Of a stretch of 54,167 bases of DNA, positions 24,907-36,322 are shown one piece after another. The stretch's first letter is position 1, and every line of letters begins with the position of its first letter. The position numbers and the translations under genes were made by a program. Source of the stretch: Octopus sinensis (lineage: Eukaryota); assembly GCF_006345805.1 (NCBI RefSeq), contig NW_021834324.1:1-54167 (forward strand), in the 5' to 3' direction. The notes under the pieces were generated by a model, which was not told the origin of the DNA, searched no databases, and saw only the letters and a list, made by a program, of their open reading frames with translations.

Positions 24907-25273
24907 TGAGCGAACGGTCTTCGTCCCAGAGCTCGCAAGATGGGAGAGTCCGAAATGTGGTCTCTCGCTATTCGCAAGACCCGCACAAGAGAAAGCTGGT
25001 CAACCCCCGACACCGAGAGCATCGACGGATGGATGAATGCGCATCCAGGCTCAGCGGTTGCGTAGGAAGTCGGGGACAAGAAACAGGAAGAAAGAGTGAG
25101 AGAAAGTCGGAGCGAAAGAGTACAACAGGGGTCGCCACCACCCCCTGCCGGAGCCTCGTGGAGCTTTAGGTATTTTCGCTCAATAAACACACACAACGCC
25201 CGGTCTGGGAATCGAAACCGCGATCCTCCGAACACGAGTCCGCTGCCCTAACCATTGGGCCATTGCGCCTCCA
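24907..25273 (-). mobile_element. SINE family C, full length
   Basis: tRNA-like head GGAGGCGCAATGGCCCAATGGTTAGGGCAGCGGACTC...GGTTTCGATTCCC; ends in (AAC/AGC)n; copies at 26275 and 44636. Confidence 0.9.
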
Positions 25274-25299
25274 CTGCTGCTGCTGTTTTTATTGTGCTT

Positions 25300-25450
25300 T
25301 TGTGGTTTAACCCTGATTCAGGAGATTTACGATGAAAGATATTCCAGCCGTGATCATCTTGCCCTTTAGTACCTCAGATTCAAGGTGAGTGGGATATTGA
25401 GGAAGATTTGACTGTTAGTTCTAGCAAGTCACGCAGTCTTCCTCGTAGGC
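25300..25450 (+). repeat. Unclassified dispersed repeat (family G)
   Basis: GAT(C/G)AAAG..ATTCCAGCC(G/A)TG and TTT(G)A..G..ATTTG.CT.T..TTCTAG segments recur at ~38995-39200 (+) and ~48440-48630 (-). Confidence 0.45.
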
Positions 25451-25813
25451 TGGAAGGCAAATAGTGAAAAACTGGTGAATTATAAGACACTTTAGAGAGA
25501 AAGTCTCTGTCCTTTCTGTTATAAGCTTGTTGTATCTTGTAGTATCTCTTCCGGATCTCTAAGTGTCATATTCTTGCCTGCCTGTGCGTGTGTGTGCACT
25601 TGTGTAAGTGTGTGTTTGTCTCCAGTGCCAAAAAATACTGTCGCCAAAAGAGACTGGATGTTTAGTAAGACGTGCCAAATACTCAGCGTCTAGACTGCGG
25701 CGCCCAATCGTCTTATCCTGCTTTCTTTTGAGTCCTCATGAGAAGTCAGTATCATTAAAGAAACCCTGAATTTCCAACTTCGAAGTCATTTTAGTATAAA
25801 AAGTTGTCATCAT

Positions 25814-26237
25814 AGGCACAGGAGTGGCTGTGTTGTAAGTAGCTTGCTTACCATCCACATGGTTCCGGGTTCAGTCCCACTGCGTGGCACATTGGGCAAG
25901 TGTCTTCTACTATAGCTTCGCGCCGACCAAAGCCTTGTGAATGGATTTGGTAGACGGAAACTGAAAGAAGCCCGTCGTATATATATATGTATATATATGT
26001 GTATATCTATGTGTATGCATATATTTGTGTGTCTATGTTTGTCCCCCAACATCGCTTGACAACCGATGTTGGTGTGTTTACGTCCCCGTAACAAGCGGTT
26101 CGGCAAAAGAAGACCGACAGAATAAGTACTAGGCTTACAAAGAATAAGTTCTGGGGTCGATTTGCTCGACTAAAGGCGGTGCTCCAGTATGCCCGTAGTC
26201 AAATGACTGCAACAAGTAAAAGAGTAAAAAGAGAGAG
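25814..26237 (+). mobile_element. SINE family A, full length
   Basis: tRNA-like head (TGGCTGTGT A box, GGTTCAGTCCC B box), CORE-like TGGGCAAGT, internal (TA/TG)n, middle domain, LINE-like tail, (GAGTAAAA) repeats. Confidence 0.92.
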
Positions 26238-26274
26238 TATCATGCTAATACCATTTGTTACTACTGTTACTGTT

Positions 26275-26607
26275 GAGCGAACGGTCTTCGTCCCAGAGCT
26301 CGCAAGATGGGAGAAGTCCGAAACGTGGTCCTTTGTTATTCATAAGACTCGCAGAAGAGAAAGCAGGTCAATCCCCGACACTGAGAGCATCGACGGATGG
26401 CTGAATGCGCATCCATGCTCAGCGGTTGCGTAGGAAGTCGGGCACAAGAAACAGGAAGAAAGAGTGAGAGAAAGTTGGAGCGAAAGAGTACAACAGGGGT
26501 CGCCACCATCCCCTGCCGGAGCCTCGTGGAGCTTTAGGTGTTTTCGCTCAATAAGCACACACAACGCCCGGTCTGGGAATCGAAACCGCGATCCTCTGTT
26601 GCGCCTC
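26275..26607 (-). mobile_element. SINE family C with internal deletion in the head
   Basis: High identity to 24907-25273; about 40 bp of the tRNA head missing. Confidence 0.88.
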
Positions 26608-26694
26608 TACTTGTTACTGCTGTATGCCCTTCGCTACTATTCTTTTACGATTCAATTGTGCATAATTCAATAAATTCACTTCAACGTTAACAAA

Positions 26695-27235
26695 TGAATT
26701 TTATCAATGATCTATAAATTTATATCAAAATCTATAAAATTATTTCAATGCTTGTGAATTTATACAACGATCCTAAATGTATTTCGACGCTTATAAATAT
26801 ATTTAAACACCTACAAACGTATTCCAATGTCTTTTAAATTATTTCAAAAGTCATAAATATATTTCAACACTCATAAAGCATATTTCGACGCTTATAAATA
26901 TATTTAAACGCCTATAAATGTATTCCAATGTCTATTAAATTATTTCAAAACCCATAAATGTAATTCAACACCTGTAAATGTATTTCAATGCTCGTAAATG
27001 TATTTCGATACCCATAAATATATTTCAAAGCATATAAATACATTTGAACATCTATAAATATATTTTAATGCCTATAAATGTATTTCATAGCTTATATATT
27101 GATTTTCAGTGTTCAATGCTTATAAAATTCAACACTCAAATATATATCAATGTCTACAAATGAACTTTAAAGCCTTTTAAAGCAATGCCTCTAACTGTAT
27201 TCCAAATTGTGCAGCTGCATTTCAATACTTAAACA
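26695..27235. repeat. AT-rich 20-bp minisatellite
   Basis: Consensus near ATTTCAATGCCTATAAATGT; ATTYM starts at 26781, 26801, 26821, 26841, 26861, 26882; roughly 25 units. Confidence 0.85.
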
Positions 27236-27299
27236 CTTAACGATAACATTTAGATGCCTTTTCGTCTTACCCACAATGAAAGATTGTTAAAATAATGGT

Positions 27300-27743
27300 T
27301 TCAAATTTTGCCACAAGGGCAGCAATTTTGGGGTTAGGAGTGAGTCGATTACATTGACCCAGTACTCAACTGGTACTTATTTTACTGACCCCCGAAAAGA
27401 TGAAAGTAAAATCGACTTCGACGGAATTTGAACTCAGATCGGAACGACGGGCGAAATACTACTAAACATTTCGTCCAGCGTGCTAACGATTCTGCCAGCT
27501 CGCTGCCTTAATAATAATGATAATAATAATAATAATAATTTCTACTATAGGCACAGGGCCTGATATTTGGGGCAGGGATATAGTCCTTTACATCGACCGC
27601 GGTACACAACTGGTACGTATTTTATCGACCCCCGAGAGGATAAAAAGCAAAGTCGACCTCGGCGGAATTTGAACTAAGACCGGAGCGAAACAACGCAAAG
27701 CTTTTCGTCCAGTGTACTAACGATTCTGCCAGCGCGCCGCCTT
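27300..27743 (-). mobile_element. Two tandem SINE family B copies
   Basis: Copies 27300-27509 and 27538-27743 separated by (TAA)n. Confidence 0.85.
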
Positions 27744-27782
27744 AAAGACTGATAAAATAATCAACCAAAAACTATGATCGAT

Positions 27783-28100
27783 ATAGCGTGCCTGTGTGGT
27801 AAAAAAGTTTGCTTCACAACTGCGAGGTTCCGGGTTCAGTCCTAGTGCGTGGCACCTTGAGCAAGTGTCTTCCACTGTAGCCCCGGGCCGACCAAAATCT
27901 TGTAAGCGGTTTCGATAGACGAGAACTGAGAGAAATCCTGCTTCTGTATGTGTGCGTGTCTGTGTGCACATCTTTGTATTTGCATTTGTCAGCGCCCCCG
28001 CTTGACAACGGCTGTTGGTTTGTTTATGTTCCTGTAAGTTAGCAGTTCGGCAAAAATCACCGATAAAATAAATACCAAGCTTTATAAAATAAGTATTGGG
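27783..28100 (+). mobile_element. SINE family A, degenerate
   Basis: GGTTCAGTCC...GGCACCTTGAGCAAGTGTCTTCC...CGCTTGACAAC...GTTCGGCAAAA. Confidence 0.8.
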
Positions 28101-28118
28101 ACCAATATTTGGAACCCA

Positions 28119-28800
28119 AAGGCGACGAGCTGGCAGGAACGTTAGCGCGCCGGGCAAAATGCTTAGCGGTATTTTGTCTGTTTTTACGTTCCGAGTTCAA
28201 ATTCCGCCGAGGTTGACTTTACCTTTCATCCTTTCGGGGTCGATAAATTAAGTACCAGTTACGCACTGGGATCGATATAATCGACTTAATCCGTTTGTCT
28301 GTCCTTGTTTGTCGTCTCTGTGTTTAGCCCCTTGTGGGTAGTAAAGAAATAGGTATTTCGTCTGGCTTCACGTTCCGAGTTCAAATTCCGCCGAGGTTGA
28401 CTTTACCTTTCATCCTTTCGAGGTCGATAAATTAAGCACCATTTGCGTACTTATACCTAGAGTAGAAGAGAATGTCTGGAACCCAGTGTATGGTACAAGT
28501 AAAATAAGATTCACTCCCTCATAAAATAAGGAGCTTTCTACTTAAGTTAGAAACCTTCTTTATTGAAGAGAAATCGGAAGGTGACAAAGTTGGCAAGATC
28601 GTCAGCTTGTCGCTAAGCCCCATAGCTGTATTTGCTTTGGCGCTTTATGCTCGAAGTTCAAATCCAGCAAAGTTCGATTTTGCTTTTCGTCTTTTCAGAG
28701 TTGGTAAAGTAAGTACCAGCTGTGCACTGAGGTCGATGCAATCGACTTGCCCACTCCCCTGAAAATTGAGGCCATACCAAAATTTGAAACCATTAATATT
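28119..28800 (+). mobile_element. SINE family B dimer (28119-28452) and a degenerate monomer (28590-28800)
   Basis: Dimer junction AAAGAAATAG|GTATTTCGTC at ~28343-28362. Confidence 0.85.
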
Positions 28801-29464
28801 AAATAGTGGATTAGCAATATCGATAAAGAAGCGAACAAAATGCCTTGAGATATTTAATTACCCGCAGATTTCAAATCTTTCTGGGGATATTTTTGCCTTT
28901 CAAACTTACGAAGTCGATAAAATAAGGTACTTTTTTAATACAGAAATCGATATTATTAAATGTAGCGACCTTGCTTTAAATGTTTACGACGCCATGCTTA
29001 TGGTAGAAATCGCATTTAAAAAAAAATATTATGCTGGGTTTAGTAGCCCAATATTAGGTAAGTTGACGGGATTTTCTGTGTTACTTTCTCTTGAAAATCT
29101 ATTCAAAATCTGTTGCTACTCTCAGTGCCAAATGCTTAAGATCCTTAACAATGTCTTGGAAATAACTGTGAAGTTACCAAAGCTATGTTCAATACCGTGC
29201 AAGATGGATTCTGGATATAATTGCATTCATCTACGTTTCCAGAGCAGGTAGCAAAATCGTCTGCTGGGACAACTAGGACCGACTCCAAATCAGAAGGGTA
29301 AATAATTTAACGAATCGAGAATTCTCCAAAAATTAACATTTTTACCATTGAAGCTAAAAACGGTCTGTCTCGGGACTACAGACAGCTGTGGAAACATGTT
29401 TCTACTCAGTAAATGTCATCGTGTGCACGTGTTTATCTGTGTTATAGACTCTCTGAAAGATTGA

Positions 29465-29536
29465 TAGATCGATCGGTCGATAGATAGATGGATGGATGGA
29501 TAGACAGACAGACAGACAGACAGACGACAGACAGAC

Positions 29537-29601
<65 letters not shown>

Positions 29602-29635
29602 CATACATACATACATACATACATACATACATACA
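29465..29635. repeat. (GATA)/(GACA)/(CATA) tetranucleotide microsatellite
   Basis: Directly visible. Confidence 0.95.
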
Positions 29636-29859
29636 TTGCCAAATATGAATTTGCAGAAAATTTACATGGAATCCATTATAGAAGTCCTGTCGTGTTGATG
29701 TTGTGGTGTGTATGCACCCCTAAGAATTTCGATGTTGCAACTTGACTCCAAGTGACAGAATCTGCAACTCATGGCAAAACCTTGGCCTTGAGATCGGCGT
29801 TAAAGGGTAAGATTTTGGCAACACAATTTGTCTTTTGTTTTGGAATATGGATTCTCAGT

Positions 29860-30240
29860 AAGGCGGTGAGTTGGCAGAACCGTTAGCACGCCGGGCGAAA
29901 TTCTTAGCGTTATTTCGTCTGTCGTTACGTTGTGAGTTCAAATTCCGCCGAGGTCGACTTTGCCTTTCATCCTTTTCGGGTCGATAAATTAAGTACCAGT
30001 TACGCACTGAGGTCGATGTTATCGACTTAGTACCTATGTCTGTCCTTGTTTGTCCCCGGATAATAAAGAAATAGGTATTTCGTCTGCAGTTACGTTCTGA
30101 GTTCAAATTCTGCCGAGGTCGACTTTACTTTTCATCCTTTCGGGATCGATTAAATAAGTGCCAGTTACGCACTGGGATCGATGTAATCGACTTAATCCCT
30201 TTGTCTGTTCATGTTTGTCCCCTCTTATGTTTAGCCCTCC
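29860..30240 (+). mobile_element. SINE family B dimer
   Basis: Same junction at 30065-30084. Confidence 0.87.
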
Positions 30241-30427
30241 ATGTATATATAAAAAAAAAAAATATTGATTCTCTGTCGAATATGTTGCTGGATTTTAGGA
30301 TCGTAAGCCTATGTCTGCCGTTCCTTGCAGACACACACAAACACACCCTTCACACGCACACGCACAAGCACAAACGTACATACACACACACATTTACAAA
30401 AAAAGGTAAGTATGTATGTACATATTC

Positions 30428-30612
30428 TCTCTTCCTTTTATTCTTTCATTTGTTTCAGTCATTTGACTGCGGCCATGCTGAAGCACCGCCTTTACTCGAG
30501 CAAAGCGACCCCATGTCTTATTCTTTGCGAACCTAGTACTTATTCTATCGGTCTATTTTGCCGAAACGCTAAGTTACGAGGACGTAAACACATTAGCTTC
30601 GGTTGTCAAACC
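30428..30612 (-). mobile_element. SINE family A, 3' part
   Basis: TTTCAGTCATTTGACTGCGGCCATGCTGAAGCACCGCC. Confidence 0.85.
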
Positions 30613-30629
30613 ATTTCTTACGACAGGTC

Positions 30630-30673
<44 letters not shown>

Positions 30674-31270
30674 TATAGTGGTAGTGGTGGTGGTGGTGGC
30701 GGGCACATCGGCGTTCAGATCTAAGCATCTGTTCGAGTACTAAAACACACACACACACACACACACATACACACACACACACACACTCACACACACACAC
30801 ACACAAAAAGACATATACTACACGGAAGTCGTTAAGGAAAGTTAACAACAACAAAAATAGAGCTGTAAAACACGCTAAAATGACTGACAGACAAAACGTA
30901 ACAATAAAACCAAAGTGGGTTGGGCAAAGACTAATCGAGGCAAATGACGGTAAAGGCAAACGGAGACATCGAGGGTGGCGCAATGAAGTGGTGCTGGGAG
31001 GAGCATGGTAAAAGGGAGAACTATATAGAAATTATAGCGGGAAGGAGACATAACAATAGTTATAGTTATAATCTGTGTGAGAAATGGGCGTGCACGAAAT
31101 AGTGGTGGGTGGGTTAAATTAAAGAAATGGAGTAAAATACAAATAAATTTTGAATATATATTTATCGCTATATATATATATATATACAAGGTGCTATTAA
31201 GTTAGACATGACCTGGGCCAAACTTTGGTCGAATGATCTAAGTTTTTATCAAAGTTTATAAATGTATATA

Positions 31271-31432
31271 CAGGCGCTGGCGTGGCTGTGTGGTAAGTAG
31301 CTTACTTACCAACCACATGGTTTCGGATTCAGTCCCGCTGCGTGGCACCTTGGGCAAGTGTCTTCTATTTTAGCCTCGGGCCGACCAAAGCCTTGTGAGT
31401 AGATTTGGTAGAAGGAAACTAAAAGAACCCCA
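31271..31432 (+). mobile_element. SINE family A, 5' part
   Basis: Head plus CACCTTGGGCAAGTGTCTTCT core. Confidence 0.85.
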
Positions 31433-31560
31433 ATATGAGATCACCATATCGCGCATGTAGCTGGTGTACCTTTATCACATGGGTAGTCATGGTGATTATA
31501 ATGGGCTTCGTATATTTTACCCCAATGCCACTTTGATGGCATGCATTGCTTTCTCACTCA
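31433..31560 (+). mobile_element. Solo 3' end shared with the element at 31643-32468
   Basis: GTACCTTTATCACA.GGGTAGTCAT...CACTTTGATGGCATGCA.TGCT.TCTCACTCA then (ATA)n. Confidence 0.75.
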
Positions 31561-31584
31561 ATAATAATAACAACAGCAACAACA

Positions 31585-31633
<49 letters not shown>

Positions 31634-31642
31634 TAATAATAA

Positions 31643-32467
31643 TGCCCCTTTGACCCACGAATTGTGAAGAAGGAAGACGAAAATATAGATAGATAGATAG
31701 ATACAACCGTCTTAAGTACGAAATAGCCCGGCTATGGAAAATGAAGAATGTGAAGATAATACCAATTATTGTTGGGTCGTTGGGAACTGTATCAGAAGGC
31801 ATCAAGAGGAATATAAAGGAAATTGGAATAGAGTGCCCATTAGAACTGTTACAAAAGTTTTGCCTCCTGAGCACGGCCAGAACAACCAGGAAAATATTAG
31901 ATAGCTTAAAAGAATGAATAACATGGTACCGTAGGCTGCATGTAGCAACAGGCAGTGGCTCTCAGGGCTTCTGATCTTAACTGATTGTACATTGTACAAT
32001 CATGTACATTGTTTTTCCCTGGTATAAAAGATGAGCTACAGCAAATATTCTGCTCAATACCACAGATTTGCTTGTCAGTTGTTTGACCTTAAACAATTGA
32101 GCATGTCCCTTAGTGGCTGACGATATGTGCATCTCTGGTCACGAGCAGAAGTTGAGGGGGAGCACCATATCCATGTGTTGAGATGGATTCTTTGGGGTTT
32201 GGATAATTTACCTTTGGAAACATGAGTGTTTCGTTCATCATCCTTTAGCAAACCTTATACAGGGAACTTTTGAGTCGGATGGGTTACTTGACCAGAAGAA
32301 AATTCTAACTGGGTCCCACCTGCAAGGTCATGTGCTGTTTATCTTGATATAAGATCATCATGTTGCGCACATATGGTAGTGATGCATGTGCCTTGTGTAC
32401 CTTTATCACACGGGTAGTCATATTTTACCCCAGTGTCACTTTGATGGCATGCACTGCTCTCTCACTC

Positions 32468-32468
<1 letters not shown>
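31643..32468 (+). mobile_element. R4/Dong LINE 3' fragment with probable long 3' UTR
   Basis: CPFDPRIVKKEDE...RYNRLKYEIARLWKMKNVKIIPIIVGSLGTV...LLQKFCLLSTART; begins after (AAT)n and ends CTCTCACTCA plus (ATA)n; UTR assignment is inferred. Confidence 0.75.
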
Positions 32469-32501
<33 letters not shown>

Positions 32502-32514
32502 TAATAATAATAAT

Positions 32515-33734
32515 ATTTTCCATTATAAGTGCAAGGTTCTGAAATTTTGAGGAAGGGGATAGACGATTTCATGGACCCCATTGCTGATATTACTATTTAT
32601 TTTATCAACCCTGACAGAATGAAAGGCAAAGTCGACCTCGGCAGAATTTGAACTCAGAACGTCAAGGCGGAAGAAATGCCGCTAAGCATTTTGTTCGGCG
32701 CGGTAACGATTCGGCCAGCTTGCCACCTTAATGATAATAATTGCTTAATTTTTGTCGTGGGACGGGTTGAGTCGATCACATCGGTCACAGTGTTTGAAAA
32801 TTAAACTCAGAAAGACTCGTTTCTACCAATAGATAAGGCGATTGAATCTTGTTGCTTTGCTTTTAATACTTACATGATACCGAAGACAAGGTTTGCGGTT
32901 TCTCATATGCCAAATTCCTGGAAAATAAACTCATTTAATTCCATTCAAGATTTCTTTTAATCACAGCTCAGACATACAATTGTTGGTTGGTTGTGCATTG
33001 CAATATCTGCTTCAAGTTGTTGCCTGGCATTATTAAAAAAGTAAAATTTAATTAAATGAAAAAAACAACAAAAACAATTGTAACACATGAAGGAGAAGTA
33101 ACATACGTTATTGCCACAGATATATGTGACACTGGCGTATCTAAAAACACAGTATTCGGCTTCGCGGCTTTGCTGAAAAGAATAAAAATTTTTTAACTTC
33201 GACATAAAAAAATCCAAGTTATAAAGTGACGGGTGGCGGGTTGTGGGCAGAGTAGATGAAATTGACCATAATATCATTAAACTTTGCCAATCACAAATCG
33301 ATAATATCGGTTTCAAATTTTGGCACAAGAGCAGAAATTACGGGGAGGGTTGGAGGATTAAGTCGATTAAATCGACCCCAGTGCTCAACTGGTATTTAAT
33401 TTATCGACCCTGAAAGGATGAAAGACAAAACCGATGGGTATACTGGGCTTTGTATATTTTACCCCAGTGTCACTTTGATGGCATGCACTGCTCTCTCATT
33501 CAATAATAATAATAATAATATTTTCTACTATAAGTGCAAGGGTCTGAAATTTTGAGTAAGGGGTTAGACGATTTCGTGGACCCCATTGCTGATGTTATTA
33601 CTTATTTTATCAACCCTGACAGGATGAAAGGCAAAACTGACCTCGGCGGAATTTGAACTCAGAATGTAAAGACGGACAAAATGCCGCTAAGCATTCTACC
33701 CGACGTGTTAACGATTCTGTCAGCCTATCGCCTT
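32515..33734 (-). mobile_element. Three SINE family B copies (32515-32729, 33310-33430, 33522-33734) plus another solo R4-type tail at 33433-33502 (+)
   Basis: GGCAAAGTCGACCTCGGC(A/G)GAATTTGAACTCAGAA motif; the tail matches 32420-32468. Confidence 0.8.
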
Positions 33735-34084
33735 AGGATAATCGATAATATTGCTCAGCACTCAACCGGTTCTTTATTTTATCGATTTTTGGAACAATAG
33801 CACGCAAAGAACTCATAGCATAAAGGGCAATAACTACAATACTGTAAGGTATATTTGTTCGCCGCTCTACCGGTTCTACTGATCTGTTATCCTGTTTATC
33901 AACAAGTTAATTTCACACTTTGCTACAGGGTCATAATTGCGCGTAAGTGATTTGGTGAAATCGATTTTTAATCGAAATCATTATTTGGTTTGTACATCTT
34001 TCATTCACCCCACGACAGGATTAAAAGTAAAATCTACTCTGACTGGATTTCTACATAATAAATATTTATCTTATTATTATATTA

Positions 34085-35075
34085 CATTACAATGAGCCGA
34101 TCGTTGGCACACACCGGGAGAAATTCTAAGCAGTATTTCATATGACTTTACGTTCTGAGTTCAAATTCCACCGAGGTCGACTTTGGCTTTCATCCTTTCG
34201 GGGTCGATGAATTAAGTACCAGTTACGCTCTGGAAGTCGATGTAATCGACTAGCCCCTTATCCCTAAAATTTTCAAGGCCATGTGCGTGGAGTAGAAACA
34301 AATATTATATTGCATTATAAGGCGGCGAACTGGCAGAAACGTTAGCACGCCGGAAGAAATGCTTAGCCCTATTTCGTCCACCTTGACGTTCTGAGTTCAA
34401 ATTCCGCCTAGGTCGACTTTGCCTTTCATCCTTTCGGGGTCGATGAATTAAGTACCAGTTGCATACTTGGGTCGATCTAATCGACTGCCCCCACCCTTTC
34501 ACAAAATTTCAAGCCTTGTACCTTTAGTAGAAAGGATTATTAAATTACATTATTCTTTTCTACTCTAGGCACAACACCCGAAATTTTGGTGGGGGCGGGG
34601 AGCAATCGATTAGATCGACTCCAGTACGCAACTGGTACTTAATTTATCGACCCCGAAAGGATGAAAGGCAAAGTCGACCTCGGCGGAATTTGCACTCAGA
34701 ACTTAAAGACAGACGAAATCCCGCAAAGCTTTTCTCCCGGCGTGTGCTAACGATTCTGCCAGCTCGCCGCCTTTATTATATTACATTATTAACATAATGA
34801 AAATACTAGTAAATTGGCAAAACGGCTGCCGCGTCTAACAAAGTGCTTATCGGTATTTCTGCCAGCTCGGTGCTGAGCTAGCAGTATTTCGTCTGCCGTT
34901 ATGTTCTGAGTTCAAATTCCGTCGAGGTCGACTTTGTCTTTCATCCTTTCGGGGTCGATTAAATAAGTACCAGTTACGCACTGGGGTCGATATAATCGAC
35001 TTAATCCGTTTGTCTGTCCTTGTTTGTCCTCTCAGTGTTTAGCCCCTTGTGGGTAGTAAAGAAATAGGTATTTCT
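34085..35075. mobile_element. SINE family B cluster (+,+,-,+)
   Basis: Copies ~34085-34305 (+), 34318-34541 (+), 34555-34773 (-), 34820-35075 (+). Confidence 0.88.
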
Positions 35076-35309
35076 TTGGGCTCTTTACCTGCTAAATTCA
35101 AATCACACCAAGGGCAACTTTGGCTTTCAGCTTTTCGAGATTAATAAAGTACCAGTCAAGTACTGTGGTTGGTATAATCGAAATAGCTCTCCCCTCAAAA
35201 CTGGCATTCCTGTGCCAAGATTAGAAAGAATTGACACCATAAAAGCTGCTCTTTTTAATTTAGAATTCATTTTGACCAGCAAGGTCGAGAAGAAAAGTAT
35301 ATTGATTTC

Positions 35310-35510
35310 TCTTTCCTCTATCTCTTTTACTTGTTTCAGTCATTTGACTGCGGCCATGCTGGAGCACTGCCTTTAGTCGAGTAAATCGACCCCGAGGCTT
35401 ATTCTTTGTAAGCCTAGTACTTATTCTATCGGTCTCTTTTGCCGAACCGCTAATTTACGGGGACGTAAACACACCAACCTCGGTTGTCAAACACAGACAC
35501 ACAAACATAT

Positions 35511-35582
<72 letters not shown>

Positions 35583-35747
35583 ACGACGGGCTTCTTTCAG
35601 TTTCCGTCTACCAAATCCACTCACAAGGCTTTGGTCGGCCCGAGGCTATAGTAGAAGACACTTGCCCAATGTGCCACGCAGTGGGACTGAACCCGGAACC
35701 ATGTGGTTCGTAAGCAAGCTACTTATCACACAGCCACTCCTACGCCT
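35310..35747 (-). mobile_element. SINE family A, full length
   Basis: All modules present; internal (TA)n at ~35510-35580. Confidence 0.92.
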
Positions 35748-35905
35748 ATCTGTTTACATTATTTACATTATTTATATTTGACGGATAGTTGTCCTCATCT
35801 TGTTTGTTGTTAACACAATGTTTCGGCTGATATACCTTCCAGCCTTCATCAGGTGTCTTGGGGAAATTTCGAACCTGGCTTCTCATTCCTAAGGTATTTT
35901 TCGAT
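35748..35905 (-). mobile_element. Putative Penelope-like terminal fragment with hammerhead motif (35812-35857)
   Basis: Minus strand GACAC-CTGATGA-A-GGCTG-gaaggtatat-CAGCC-GAAA-CATT|GTGTT. Confidence 0.6.
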
Positions 35906-35930
35906 GTTGTCGTTGTTGTTGTTGTTGTTG

Positions 35931-35974
<44 letters not shown>

Positions 35975-35979
<5 letters not shown>

Positions 35980-36230
35980 AGGAGAAAAGGGCTCTCTACC
36001 CCTTTTTGACCAGTCTCCCGTGGTTTTTATGGTTTTTTCCACGAGTAGCCTTTCGAAGCGCCTCCCCCCTATTGGGAGTTTTTACTTGTTATATTTTTGT
36101 TGTTATATTGCATTTTTACACGGACTTCTCAAACGGACAAAACCCTTTTGTAACTTTCGTCCTTTATTTTGTCCTTACACGTTTTATTTGATTTTTGTTA
36201 GCCCTTGTGGCCAATAAACGAATTAATTAT
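35975..36230 (+). mobile_element. Possible L1/Tx1-like LINE 3' end
   Basis: T-rich UTR ending TAGCCCTTGTGGCCAATAAACGAA plus (TTA)n; no diagnostic protein motif. Confidence 0.3.
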
Positions 36231-36273
36231 TATTATTATTATTAGTAGTAGTAGTAGTAGTAGTAGTAGTAGC

Positions 36274-36321
<48 letters not shown>

Positions 36322-36322
<1 letters not shown>

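Noticed and set aside
25200-25273. tRNA gene calls for SINE heads (here and elsewhere)
   Set aside because: A and B boxes are present but there is no intact cloverleaf, and the heads run into SINE bodies
26695-27235. CRISPR-like array
   Set aside because: Degenerate tandem units without unique spacers; eukaryotic context; no cas genes
28766-29251. 161-aa ORF as a gene
   Set aside because: The 5' half runs through degenerate SINE B sequence; no recognisable domain
29355-29405. Hairpin followed by GAAACATGTTTC
   Set aside because: No CTGANGA before the hairpin
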